Source: Oscillospiraceae bacterium
Lineage (GTDB): Bacteria > Bacillota > Clostridia > Oscillospirales > Ruminococcaceae
NCBI GenBank assembly: GCA_022508925.1
Contig: JAFLUF010000001.1
Coordinates: forward strand, 4,510 to 68,509
Direction of reading: 5' to 3'
DNA length: 64,000 nucleotides
Shown: in pieces, positions 37,951 to 47,426 of the stretch
Layout: each line of letters opens with the position of its first letter
How positions within the stretch are numbered: the stretch's first letter is position 1
Program-made: the position numbers and the translations under genes
Notes under the pieces: model-generated
Databases searched by the model: none
What the model was told of the DNA's origin: nothing
What the model saw: the letters and a program-made list of their open reading frames with translations, nothing else

Positions 37951-39087
37951 TCATTCAAAAATCTCCGAAAGCATATTTTCCGCGAAAATAGCGTATCCGC
38001 GCGTCGGGTCGTTTACAAGAACGTGCGTTACGGCGCCCACGAATCTGCCGTCCTGAATTATCGGGGAGCCGCTCATTCCGCGGACTATCCCGCCCGTCTG
38101 CTCAAGCAATTCGGGGTCTGTTATCCTGATTATCATACTTTTCGGACCGTCCAGATCGAGAAGGTTTATGCGCTCTATCTCGATCTCATATTGCTTTGCG
38201 CAGCTTCCGTCGATCGTTGTAAGAACCTTTGCCGGACCTGTTTTTACCTCCTGCCTGAACGCCGCCGGGTAGGTCTCTCCGGATATTTCTCCGCAGAATT
38301 CTCCGAAGATGCCTGCCTCGGTGTTCAGGTTTATTTTTCCGGTCTCGCTTTCGGGAAATATCAGTCCGCAAAGCTCTCCGGCAGTTCCGCTGGTTCCTTT
38401 TACAACGTTGTAGATCTCGGCTTTGGTTATCTCTCCGCTTAAAAGCGGAACGGTTTCACCTGTTGAAACGTCGCTTACGGAATGCCCGAGTCCTCCGAAG
38501 GTACAGCTCTGCGGCTCTACAAATGTCAGCGTTCCGACGCCCGCCGCGCTGTCGCGGACGAAAATGCCCATTTTAAGCCCGTCTTCTTCGCGTTTGGGCG
38601 AAAACGTAAAGTTCATTTCGCGTTCCGCCCTCTCTATAATGACGCAGGTCTCCTCCGCGTTGAGCTGTACTGCCCGTGAAATATCGCTGTTTGTACGGAC
38701 AGTCTCGCCGTTTACGGTTTTGATAACGTCGCCTTCCTTTATTCCCGCTGATCTCGCGGGCGACTGCTCGGCGGTTTTGACTACCATGACTCCGTCGGAT
38801 TTTATCTTTATTCCAAACGGCGTTCCGTACAAAACGACCGATTGTCTCTGTTTTTCCACCACCTGCGCGGTTTTTATGGGGATATCCGCAAGATAATAAG
38901 CATAGCCGTCGGGCGTTTCACGAAGCGTTGTTCCCGAAAATCCGCACTCGTACAGCGGACTGTCGGGAGAAGAATTTATAACGCACGGAAGCGCCTCGCG
39001 GTAAATGCCGAACGACACCGCCGCGCATAACAGCAATGCGGCGAATGCCCCGGAAAATATTTTAGAATAAATGTTTTTAATTTCCAT
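37951..39087 (-). CDS. spoIVB: SpoIVB peptidase (S55) with PDZ domain
   Basis: VRDSAAGVGTLTF, GLGH, TGGIVRGMSGSPIIQDG, AVTHVLVNDPTRGY. Confidence 0.95.
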   Translation of the reverse strand: MEIKNIYSKIFSGAFAALLLCAAVSFGIYREALPCVINSSPDSPLYECGFSGTTLRETPDGYAYYLADIPIKTAQVVEKQRQSVVLYGTPFGIKIKSDGVMVVKTAEQSPARSAGIKEGDVIKTVNGETVRTNSDISRAVQLNAEETCVIIERAEREMNFTFSPKREEDGLKMGIFVRDSAAGVGTLTFVEPQSCTFGGLGHSVSDVSTGETVPLLSGEITKAEIYNVVKGTSGTAGELCGLIFPESETGKINLNTEAGIFGEFCGEISGETYPAAFRQEVKTGPAKVLTTIDGSCAKQYEIEIERINLLDLDGPKSMIIRITDPELLEQTGGIVRGMSGSPIIQDGRFVGAVTHVLVNDPTRGYAIFAENMLSEIFE

Positions 39088-39414
39088 AATTGTTCACTTA
39101 ACCTACTTAACCAGAATTATCTGCTCACTGTTTGGTCAGATATATACTTATACACTCATATACCGATACCCGCTTATCCCTAAGCCGGATATTATGGGAT
39201 AAACGAATATCGGTACAAAAAGGCGTTTTCCGCCTTCGGTGTCTGAATTTTTCTGAAAGACAGGCGCGCGGAATTCCACTCGCGCCGCCGAATATATATT
39301 TCGCCAAACCGCCGTCAATATCAAAGGAAAATACAAACGGATAAAACAACTTATGCCGATTTTTCAGGAAACCAAATTTTTTGCTCGGCTGTTATGCGAT
39401 GGCATAAAATGTAC

Positions 39415-39443
39415 TTGACTTTTTTTGGAAAATGAGGTATAAT
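39415..39443 (+). promoter_or_regulatory. Sigma-A promoter, probably for the rnj operon (long leader)
   Basis: TTGACT-N17-TATAAT about 365 nt upstream of the rnj ATG. Confidence 0.6.
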
Positions 39444-39807
39444 AATTAAGTATATATTTGGAATTATGGGCGAATGCCCTTTTTATATCTTTACTTAAAC
39501 AATATTTTGAAAATACGGTCGTTTTCGGACCTGATTTTTGAAACAAAGTTCAGTAAGGTCAATATTATTTTTTTCTGAAACCCATATATCTATAAGCCGC
39601 GAAACACTTTTTTCCTTATGTAAATTATGCCTTTCTTTTTTCCAACAAGAGCGCGTTTACATTACCCGAAAAGAGCGGTAATGTGAACAGGCTCTGTAAT
39701 TCGCGGTTACATAATCGTGCGCGTTTTTATTTTCTGCGCATATTGCGAACAATCGGGTTTTCGGCGTTTGCGGAGCCTTCGGAGGGCTTCGCGGGAAAGG
39801 AATTTTT

Positions 39808-41727
39808 ATGGGATTATTGTCAAATAACAAGCTTCTCGGAGAATCGGAAAAATTTGCGAAAAAATCCGGCTCGGAAAAGCAGAAAAACGCCTCGGCGGTA
39901 AAAAAGCCGAGAGCGCCCGAAAGACCGCGCCGCGGCGCTCCCGTTTTACAGGGAAAGCCCGTATTGCAGGGAAAACAGTCTGTCCTTCAGGGCAAAACAC
40001 CCGCAAAAGAGCCGGTCTTAGGCAGAAATAAAGCCTATGTTCAGAAAAAGCCGCGCGAGATACCGCGCTCCGCGCCCGTAAAGTTTACGGCGCTCGGCGG
40101 ACTGAACGAGATAGGTAAAAACCTTTACGTTTACGAGTGCTCAAACGATATGTTCATTGTTGACTGCGGGATCGCGTTTCCGGACGAGGAAATGCTCGGA
40201 GTTGACCTTGTTGTTCCCGATTTCAGCTATCTTGAGAAGAACAAGGAAAGATTAAGGGGCATTGTAATTACTCACGGACACGAGGACCATATCGGCGGAC
40301 TTCCGTATCTGCTGAAGAAAATAAACGTTCCCGTATACGGAACCCGTCTCACGCTCGGACTTGTCGAGGGAAAGCTCAAAGAGCACGGGCTGCTGTCCTC
40401 CGTTACGCTTAATGTCGTAGAGCCGAGACAGAACGTCAGAATGGGCTGTATGAGCGTTGAGTTTATCCGTGTAAACCACTCTATCCCCGACGCCTGCGCT
40501 GTGGCTGTTCACACGCCCGCGGGAGTTATAGTCCACACGGGCGACTTCAAGGTGGATTATACACCCATCGAGGGTGGGATAATAGACCTTGCGCGTTTCG
40601 GAGAGCTTGGAAACAGGGGCGTTCTCGCGCTTATGAGCGAAAGCACCAACGTAGAGCGGCCCGGTTATACCAAAAGCGAGCGTCTGGTAGGCGAGAGCTT
40701 TCACGGGCTGTTTGACAGAGCCGACGGCAGAAGGATAATCATCGCGACTTTTTCAAGCAATATCCACAGAATACAGCAGATAATAAACGAGGCGGTAAGA
40801 CACGGACGAAGGGTAGCCGTTTCGGGAAGAAGCATGACCAACGTCATCGCAAAGGCCGTGGAGCTTAACTATATAAGTGTTCCCGACAATACGCTCATCG
40901 ATATCGAGGACGTAAACAAATACGACCCCGAGGAGCTTGTCATAGCGACTACGGGAAGTCAGGGAGAGCCTCTGTCCGCGCTTTCGAGAATGTCCAGCGG
41001 GGATCACAGGCAGGTCACTATTACCCCGAACGATTTCATCATAATTTCGGCTACTCCCATTCCCGGAAACGAAAAGCTTGTCACCAAGGTCGTAAACGAG
41101 CTTATGAAGCAGGGCGCTGAGGTAATTTACGAGAGTATGTACGAGGTTCATGTTTCGGGACACGCCTGTCAGGAAGAGCTTAAAATGATGATCTCGCTCA
41201 CCAAGCCAAAATTTTTCGTGCCTATCCACGGAGAATACAAGCATCTCAAAAAGCACGCCATCTTAGCTCAGGGAATGGGCATTCCCGAAAACAACACCTT
41301 TATCGCGGGGCTTGGCGATGTTCTTGAAACGGACGGAGTGGATATGAAGTTCGCGGGGGCTGTTCCGAGCGGAATGGTCATGGTGGACGGCTCGGGAGTG
41401 GGCGATGTGGGAAGCGTTGTTCTGCGCGACAGAAAGCACCTCTCCGAGGACGGCGTTATCATCGTTGTCGCGACTATCGACCGCGAGAGCGGAAAGACCG
41501 TAGCGGGGCCCGATATCGTTTCGCGCGGATTTGTTTATGTACGCGAGAGCGAGGAGCTTCTGGACGAGGCAAAGGAAGTCGTAAAGAATATCATGGACGA
41601 ACTCGAGACCAGAAACGTGCGCGAATGGGGAAACATAAAGTCAGCCATGCGCGACGGTCTTTCGGACTACATCTACTCGAAAACAAAGAGAAGCCCGATG
41701 ATACTTCCGATAATCATGGAGATCTGA
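39808..41727 (+). CDS. rnj: Ribonuclease J with basic N-terminal extension
   Basis: LGGLNEIGKN, THGHEDHIGG, NHSIPD, HTGDFK, HVSGHA, PIHGEY. Confidence 0.96.
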   Translation: MGLLSNNKLLGESEKFAKKSGSEKQKNASAVKKPRAPERPRRGAPVLQGKPVLQGKQSVLQGKTPAKEPVLGRNKAYVQKKPREIPRSAPVKFTALGGLNEIGKNLYVYECSNDMFIVDCGIAFPDEEMLGVDLVVPDFSYLEKNKERLRGIVITHGHEDHIGGLPYLLKKINVPVYGTRLTLGLVEGKLKEHGLLSSVTLNVVEPRQNVRMGCMSVEFIRVNHSIPDACAVAVHTPAGVIVHTGDFKVDYTPIEGGIIDLARFGELGNRGVLALMSESTNVERPGYTKSERLVGESFHGLFDRADGRRIIIATFSSNIHRIQQIINEAVRHGRRVAVSGRSMTNVIAKAVELNYISVPDNTLIDIEDVNKYDPEELVIATTGSQGEPLSALSRMSSGDHRQVTITPNDFIIISATPIPGNEKLVTKVVNELMKQGAEVIYESMYEVHVSGHACQEELKMMISLTKPKFFVPIHGEYKHLKKHAILAQGMGIPENNTFIAGLGDVLETDGVDMKFAGAVPSGMVMVDGSGVGDVGSVVLRDRKHLSEDGVIIVVATIDRESGKTVAGPDIVSRGFVYVRESEELLDEAKEVVKNIMDELETRNVREWGNIKSAMRDGLSDYIYSKTKRSPMILPIIMEI

Positions 41728-41767
41728 TTTCGGCTTATATTTTTGAAACGGAAAAGGCGGTGGTTCT

Positions 41768-43831
41768 GTGAGAAATTTCTATAAGAGCAACGTGCTGTTT
41801 GCGGCGGTTTGCGCGCTTATTCTGGCGGTAATAGTTATCGACATTTATGTTTTTCAGAACGAGCTGCTTATATTCTGGATATCCATGCCTATTTTGCTCG
41901 GTGTTTCGGGAATAGCTCTCGGAAAGCTGTTTCAGATACGCCAGAGCGAGTATTGGTATTTTGAACAGCTGTCCGATGAGATAAAGGGAGTGCAGAGAAA
42001 CTCTCTGATAAATTTTCCCATGCCCATGGCTATTGTTGACAATGACAGATGCGTTATCTGGAGCAACGAAAGCTTCAACGAGGTTTTCTTTACCCCCGAC
42101 GAAGAGCATTCTTCAATAGACGACGTGACCGAAATGCCGCTTGCGCTTTTCGGAGCCGAGGGAAGAGAGATATGCTTTGAGGACAAGTGGTTCAGGGTAT
42201 ACTCCGAGCCGCACGGCTTTGACATTGACAGCAAGATATTAAACAAACAGATATTTTCTTCCGAACGCTCCGAGCAGGAGAGCGAGACCATAACAATGCT
42301 CATTTTCCGCGACATAAGCGAGTTTAAAAGACTTAAATCCACCCATGAAAAGTCAAAGCCGGTCGTTATGATAGTTATGGTGGACAACTACGAGGAGCTT
42401 CTTTCGGGAGCCAAGGAAAGCGAAAGAGCATACGTTACTATTCAGGTAGACAGGCTGATAGAAGAATATTTCGCCGAGAAACACGCGGTATTAAAAAAAA
42501 TCACAAGCGACAAATTTCTTATTGTTCTGGAGCGGCAGTATCTTGACGAGATGATAAGCGAAAAAATGTCGCTTATAAACAAGGCTCACGAGATCATCGT
42601 CCGTGAAAGAGCGGCGGTCACGCTGTCCATCGGCGTGGGAGATACCGCAGAGTCGCTCGCGCAGGGCGAGCGGTTTGCCAGCGAGATGATAGAAAAGGCG
42701 CTCGAAAGAGGCGGCGACCAGGCGCTTATAAAAACCGCCAACGGCTTTAACGCCTTCGGCGCGGCGTCTCCCGGAAGAGAGCGCACGGGAAAGGTAAAGA
42801 TCCGTCTCGCGGCGGAGAATATAAGAAGTCTTATCAGAACCGCCGATACTGTGTACATAATGGGACACAGCTACGCGGATTTCGACAGCGCCGGCTCTGC
42901 TATAGGTCTCACCTGCGCGATAAGAAGAATGGGCATACCGGCCTACACCGTCGCATGGTTCAGAGATGAGAAGAAAACAAACGCCAAGGCGCTTTTCGAT
43001 ATGTTCAGCGATTATGACACGTCGGTGGCTATCGAGCCGGAAGAGGCGAAAAAGTGGGTCACGGAACGCTCCGTACTTATACTTGTAGACACTCACGTCG
43101 AAAAAAAGCTTGAGGATAAAGAGCTTTACGCGATGATGCAGAAAAACAGGGTCGTTATCGTCGACCACCACCGCCTAAGCGCGGGAGCTATCACAGAGTT
43201 TGGCGTGAGATGTCAGGAAAGCAACGCCTCGTCTGCCGCCGAGCTTGTGACCGAGCTTATACAGTATTTCAGCCCCGATTCGCTTATAAACGCACTCGAG
43301 GCGCAGGCTCTGCTCGCCGGGATAATGCTTGACACAAAGGACTTTGTAATGCGCTCGGGCGTTTCGACCTTCGAGGCGGCGGCATACCTCAAAAAGCAGG
43401 GAGCGGATACCATTGCCGTGAAAAAGCTGTTTGACACCTCAATGGAAAACAAAGCCCGAAAAGCGGAGATAATGTCATCCGCGGAGATATACAGAGGGAA
43501 GTGCGCTATCTCAAAGGTCGAGGAGAGCTTTCCGTCGCTGCGTATCATATGCTCGCAGGCGGCGGACGAAATGCTTTATATCAAGAATGTAGACGCGTCG
43601 TTTACGGTTTATCCGATAGAAAACGGCTGGGGAGTAAGCGCGCGTTCGCTCGGAAAAATAAATGTTCAGGTAATTATGGAAAACCTGGGAGCAAATCCCG
43701 ACGACGGCGGCGGACATCAGTCGATGGCGGGCGCGCAGCTTTACGGGTGTACCGTTGACGAGGCTGTTGACAAGCTCGAAAACGCGATTGACGAATATTT
43801 CTCAAATGTCCCCGAAGAACCCGTCAAGTGA
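41768..43831 (+). CDS. gdpP: Cyclic-di-AMP phosphodiesterase (TM-PAS-degenerate GGDEF-DHH/DHHA1)
   Basis: RGGDQ, MGHSYADFDS, VDHH, SARS, GGGH; upstream of rplI. Confidence 0.92.
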   Translation: MRNFYKSNVLFAAVCALILAVIVIDIYVFQNELLIFWISMPILLGVSGIALGKLFQIRQSEYWYFEQLSDEIKGVQRNSLINFPMPMAIVDNDRCVIWSNESFNEVFFTPDEEHSSIDDVTEMPLALFGAEGREICFEDKWFRVYSEPHGFDIDSKILNKQIFSSERSEQESETITMLIFRDISEFKRLKSTHEKSKPVVMIVMVDNYEELLSGAKESERAYVTIQVDRLIEEYFAEKHAVLKKITSDKFLIVLERQYLDEMISEKMSLINKAHEIIVRERAAVTLSIGVGDTAESLAQGERFASEMIEKALERGGDQALIKTANGFNAFGAASPGRERTGKVKIRLAAENIRSLIRTADTVYIMGHSYADFDSAGSAIGLTCAIRRMGIPAYTVAWFRDEKKTNAKALFDMFSDYDTSVAIEPEEAKKWVTERSVLILVDTHVEKKLEDKELYAMMQKNRVVIVDHHRLSAGAITEFGVRCQESNASSAAELVTELIQYFSPDSLINALEAQALLAGIMLDTKDFVMRSGVSTFEAAAYLKKQGADTIAVKKLFDTSMENKARKAEIMSSAEIYRGKCAISKVEESFPSLRIICSQAADEMLYIKNVDASFTVYPIENGWGVSARSLGKINVQVIMENLGANPDDGGGHQSMAGAQLYGCTVDEAVDKLENAIDEYFSNVPEEPVK

Positions 43832-43854
43832 ACAAATGAAAGGAGATAAAAACT

Positions 43855-44307
43855 ATGAAGGTAATATTGCTTGAGGACGTAAAAGGCACAGGAAAAAAGG
43901 GTGAGATAAAAGAGGTCAAGGACGGCTACGCTATAAACGGACTTATCCGCAAAGGTCTTGCTCAGGAGGCAAACGCCAAAAATCTCAACCTGCTTCAGGG
44001 TCAGAAGGACTCCGCCCAGCACAAGATAGACGTTGAGATAGCCAACGCCAAGGACATAGCGGGCAAGCTCGAGGGAAAGACCGTTTCGGTAAAGGCAAAG
44101 GCAGGACAGAACGACCGCCTTTTCGGAACAGTAACCTCAAAGGAAGTCTCCGCCGAAATAAAGAAAACGCTCGGACTTGACGTGGACAAAAAGAAAATAA
44201 ACATCCCCATGAAGATAGAGGGCTTTGGGACGTTTTCCGCCGAGGCAAAGCTGTACGCGGGCATAACGGCGAAATTTTCCGTTGAGGTCACAAAGGAGGA
44301 AAAATAA
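43855..44307 (+). CDS. rplI: 50S ribosomal protein L9
   Basis: [32 protein letters not shown]. Confidence 0.97.
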   Translation: MKVILLEDVKGTGKKGEIKEVKDGYAINGLIRKGLAQEANAKNLNLLQGQKDSAQHKIDVEIANAKDIAGKLEGKTVSVKAKAGQNDRLFGTVTSKEVSAEIKKTLGLDVDKKKINIPMKIEGFGTFSAEAKLYAGITAKFSVEVTKEEK

Positions 44308-45674
44308 TGTCCGCCTCTGATTTTGAGGGCATAAATCTCCCGTGCAATGTCGGCGCGGAAAAATCCGTGCTGGGTTGTGTCTTCGCGGATAACAACAGAA
44401 AGGGCGTTTTAAGCGAGGTCATAAGCTCGCTTCGCGCCGAGCATTTCTACGTTGAGCTTCACAGCAGTATTTACAGCGTTATGGCAAGGCTTTATCTCGC
44501 GGGAACAAGGCTCGACGCGGTCGTTATCCTCAACGAGTGCATAAAGGACGGTATCTTTGAGAGCGAAGCCGAGGCGTCGTCATGCGCGAAGGAGCTTATG
44601 GACGCGGCGCCGAGCTCTTCGGCTATTTCGGCTTACGCCAAGATAGTCATTGAGAAATATATGCTCCGAAGCCTTATTTTAGCGGCAAACGACATTATAC
44701 GTTCCGCGGGGTCTGAGGCTGACGGAGCCGAAAAAGCGCTGGATCTTGCCGAGCGTAAGATATACGATATAAGAGCCGGCGAAGAGGACAAAAGCCTTAC
44801 GCATGTAAGCGGCGTTGTCTTTGACAGGATAAAGGACCTCACCGAGCTTGCAAAGGAACTGTCGAAAAACGGCGGCAAGCCGGTTTTAAAGGGCTTGGAG
44901 ACCGGATTTAAGGACGTTGACAACAAGATATTCGGTCTTAATAAATCGGAGCTTGTTATCTTAGCCGCGAGACCCGGTATGGGAAAAACCTCGTTCGCGA
45001 TGAACATCGCGGTAAATGTCGCTAAAAGATACCGCGACAAGGCGGTGTGCATATTCAGCATCGAGATGAGAAGAGAAGAGCTTGTTTCGCGTATGATATC
45101 CTCAGAGGCGCTTCTGCCGTCTGAGGCTATGAGGACAGGAGCCGTTTCAAACGACAAGTGGACGAGTATAACCGAGGCGGCGGACGTTTTGTCGCAGCTT
45201 CCCATCTATATTGACGACAGCCCCGTGTGCAACGTTATGTCCATAAAATCAAAGCTGAGAAGAATGAAAAACTTAGGTCTGGTAATTATCGACCACCTTG
45301 GACTGATGACCTCAGTAAACGACCACCGCGGAAATAAGGTCGCCGAGGTCTCGGAGATAACAAGAGACTTAAAGGTCATGGCAAAGGAACTCAACGTGCC
45401 TGTCATGGTGCTTTCACAGCTCTCAAGAGCTGCCGAAAAGCGCGAGAACAAAAGCCCGATGCTGTCCGACCTGAGAGATTCGGGCTCTATCGAGCAGGAC
45501 GCGGATGTTGTTTTGTTTCTGCACAGAGAGGCTTATTACGATCAGGCTAACCCGAACAAGGAGCTGTGCGAATGCAACGTCGCGAAAAACCGCCACGGCG
45601 AAACGGGCGTGGCGAAAATAGGCTGGAAGGCCGAGTACACAAAGTTTGTAAACGTCGAGTTCAAAGGCGGATAA
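44307..45674 (+). CDS. dnaB: Replicative DNA helicase
   Basis: AARPGMGKT, FSIEM, IIDHL, LSQLSR, SDLRDSGSIEQDAD, KNRHG. Confidence 0.96.
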   Translation: MSASDFEGINLPCNVGAEKSVLGCVFADNNRKGVLSEVISSLRAEHFYVELHSSIYSVMARLYLAGTRLDAVVILNECIKDGIFESEAEASSCAKELMDAAPSSSAISAYAKIVIEKYMLRSLILAANDIIRSAGSEADGAEKALDLAERKIYDIRAGEEDKSLTHVSGVVFDRIKDLTELAKELSKNGGKPVLKGLETGFKDVDNKIFGLNKSELVILAARPGMGKTSFAMNIAVNVAKRYRDKAVCIFSIEMRREELVSRMISSEALLPSEAMRTGAVSNDKWTSITEAADVLSQLPIYIDDSPVCNVMSIKSKLRRMKNLGLVIIDHLGLMTSVNDHRGNKVAEVSEITRDLKVMAKELNVPVMVLSQLSRAAEKRENKSPMLSDLRDSGSIEQDADVVLFLHREAYYDQANPNKELCECNVAKNRHGETGVAKIGWKAEYTKFVNVEFKGG

Positions 45675-45694
45675 GGGAATTTTACTGATTGGGA

Positions 45695-46684
45695 ATGGAA
45701 CTGATTGAGAGTGTAAAAACGGCGATCGTTGAAAACAATATGCTCCGCGGGGGAGAAACGGCGGTCTGCGCGCTTTCGGGCGGAGCTGACAGCACGGCGC
45801 TCTTGCTGGTGTTAAAGGAGCTGTCGGGCGAAATTGGTTTTAAGCTTAAAGCCTGCCATTTAAACCACGGGCTGCGCGGCGAGGAAAGCGACCGTGACGA
45901 GAGCTTCTGCGCGAAGCTGTGCGAAAGTCTCGGCATTGAGCTTTACAGAAAAAAAATCAACGTAAGAGATCACGCCAAAAAACATGAAAGTGTCGAGGAA
46001 ACGGCGAGGAAATTGCGCTATCGTTTTTTTGAAGAGGCGAGGGAGCGCTTTGGTGAAAATTCTCTCACCGCCACCGCGCACAACGCGAACGACAGCACGG
46101 AAACGGTTTTGCTGAATCTTGTCAGAGGCACGGGACTAAAAGGGCTATGCGGTATCCCTCCCGTCAGGGATAAAGTTATCCGACCGCTTATTTACGCCAA
46201 AAGAAGCGAGATAGAGGAGTTTCTGAAAGAGCGCGGTCAGACGTTTGTTACCGACAGCACGAATTTTTCCGAGGATTACACCAGAAATAAAATAAGGCTG
46301 AAGCTTCTTCCCGAAATTCTTGAAATAAATCCGTCCGCGATAGAGGCGTTTTCGAGAATGTCGAAAATTCTGCGCGGCGACAGCGATTATCTTGAGAGTC
46401 TTGCCGAAAACGCTTTTGCCGGCGCCAAACGTCAGAACGGCTATGACGCGCTTGAGCTTTTCAAGCTCGAAGAACCGATAAAAAGCAGGGCAATAAGGAA
46501 AATTCTGATAGACGGCGGAGTCGAGCCGTCGGAGCTGAGAATAAAAACCGCGCTTTCCCTGCTTTCAAAACGGAGCGCAAGGTATAATCCCTGTAAGAAC
46601 AAATTCTTTACAATAAGAAAAGGAATTTGCTTTATAGAAAACATCGAGCAAAAATTCGGCGGTTTTAACGAAAAACATGACTGA
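45695..46684 (+). CDS. tilS: tRNA(Ile)-lysidine synthetase, short form
   Basis: ALSGGADS, HLNHGLRG, ARKLRY, TAHNANDSTET, RPL, RNKIR. Confidence 0.94.
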   Translation: MELIESVKTAIVENNMLRGGETAVCALSGGADSTALLLVLKELSGEIGFKLKACHLNHGLRGEESDRDESFCAKLCESLGIELYRKKINVRDHAKKHESVEETARKLRYRFFEEARERFGENSLTATAHNANDSTETVLLNLVRGTGLKGLCGIPPVRDKVIRPLIYAKRSEIEEFLKERGQTFVTDSTNFSEDYTRNKIRLKLLPEILEINPSAIEAFSRMSKILRGDSDYLESLAENAFAGAKRQNGYDALELFKLEEPIKSRAIRKILIDGGVEPSELRIKTALSLLSKRSARYNPCKNKFFTIRKGICFIENIEQKFGGFNEKHD

Positions 46685-46793
46685 AAGTTTAAAACTATTG
46701 TGGAGAAACAGAGATTTTCAGCAAAAATTCAGAAAACAGGTTTGCAAATTTCACCGCTTTGTGGTATAATAGACAGTTGAGAGGAAAAATAAT

Positions 46794-47321
46794 ATGTATT
46801 TTCCGAATGAGGTTGAAAAGGTGCTCTTCACAGAAGAGCAGATAACAGCCCGCGTAAAAGAATTGGGCGCGGAGCTTACAAAGGAATATTCCGGCAAAAA
46901 TCCGCTGTTTTTGTGCGTTTTGCGCGGGGCGAGCGTTTTTTTCGCAGACCTGATAAGAAACGTGGAGTGTCCGCTTGAAATTGATTTTATAAAGGCTTCG
47001 AGCTATGTCGGAACAAACTCGAGCGGCGATGTCACGGTCGGCGGAGAGATGCCCGATATCTCGGGACGCGACGTTGTGCTGGTGGAGGACATTGTGGATA
47101 CGGCGAGAACGCTTTCAAAGCTGAAAACGCTGCTGCTTGACATAAAACCGAGGTCGCTTAGGGTCGCGGCGCTTCTTGATAAGCCGTCAAGAAGGGCTGT
47201 GGAGGGCTTTAAGGCGGATTATACGGGATATGAGATAGACGATTTGTTTGTGGTGGGATACGGTCTCGACTGCGACGCGAAATTCAGAAATCTTCCGTAT
47301 ATCGGAGTTTTAAAGAGCTGA
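46794..47321 (+). CDS. hpt: Hypoxanthine phosphoribosyltransferase
   Basis: VLRGA, SSY, LVEDIVDTART, LLDKP, FVVGYGLD; own TTGCAA-N17-TATAAT promoter. Confidence 0.96.
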   Translation: MYFPNEVEKVLFTEEQITARVKELGAELTKEYSGKNPLFLCVLRGASVFFADLIRNVECPLEIDFIKASSYVGTNSSGDVTVGGEMPDISGRDVVLVEDIVDTARTLSKLKTLLLDIKPRSLRVAALLDKPSRRAVEGFKADYTGYEIDDLFVVGYGLDCDAKFRNLPYIGVLKS

Positions 47322-47426
47322 TTACATATAATATAAACGCAGGTTACTGCGGCTTAAATAATAAACATTATCAATAATTTAAATAAACTACACGCGTATA
47401 GGTACGCGTCAGGAAAGGCGGTTTAA

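Noticed and set aside
39125-39546. Several 60-74-aa ORFs between spoIVB and rnj
   Set aside because: No RBS, mutually overlapping on both strands, and not protein-like.
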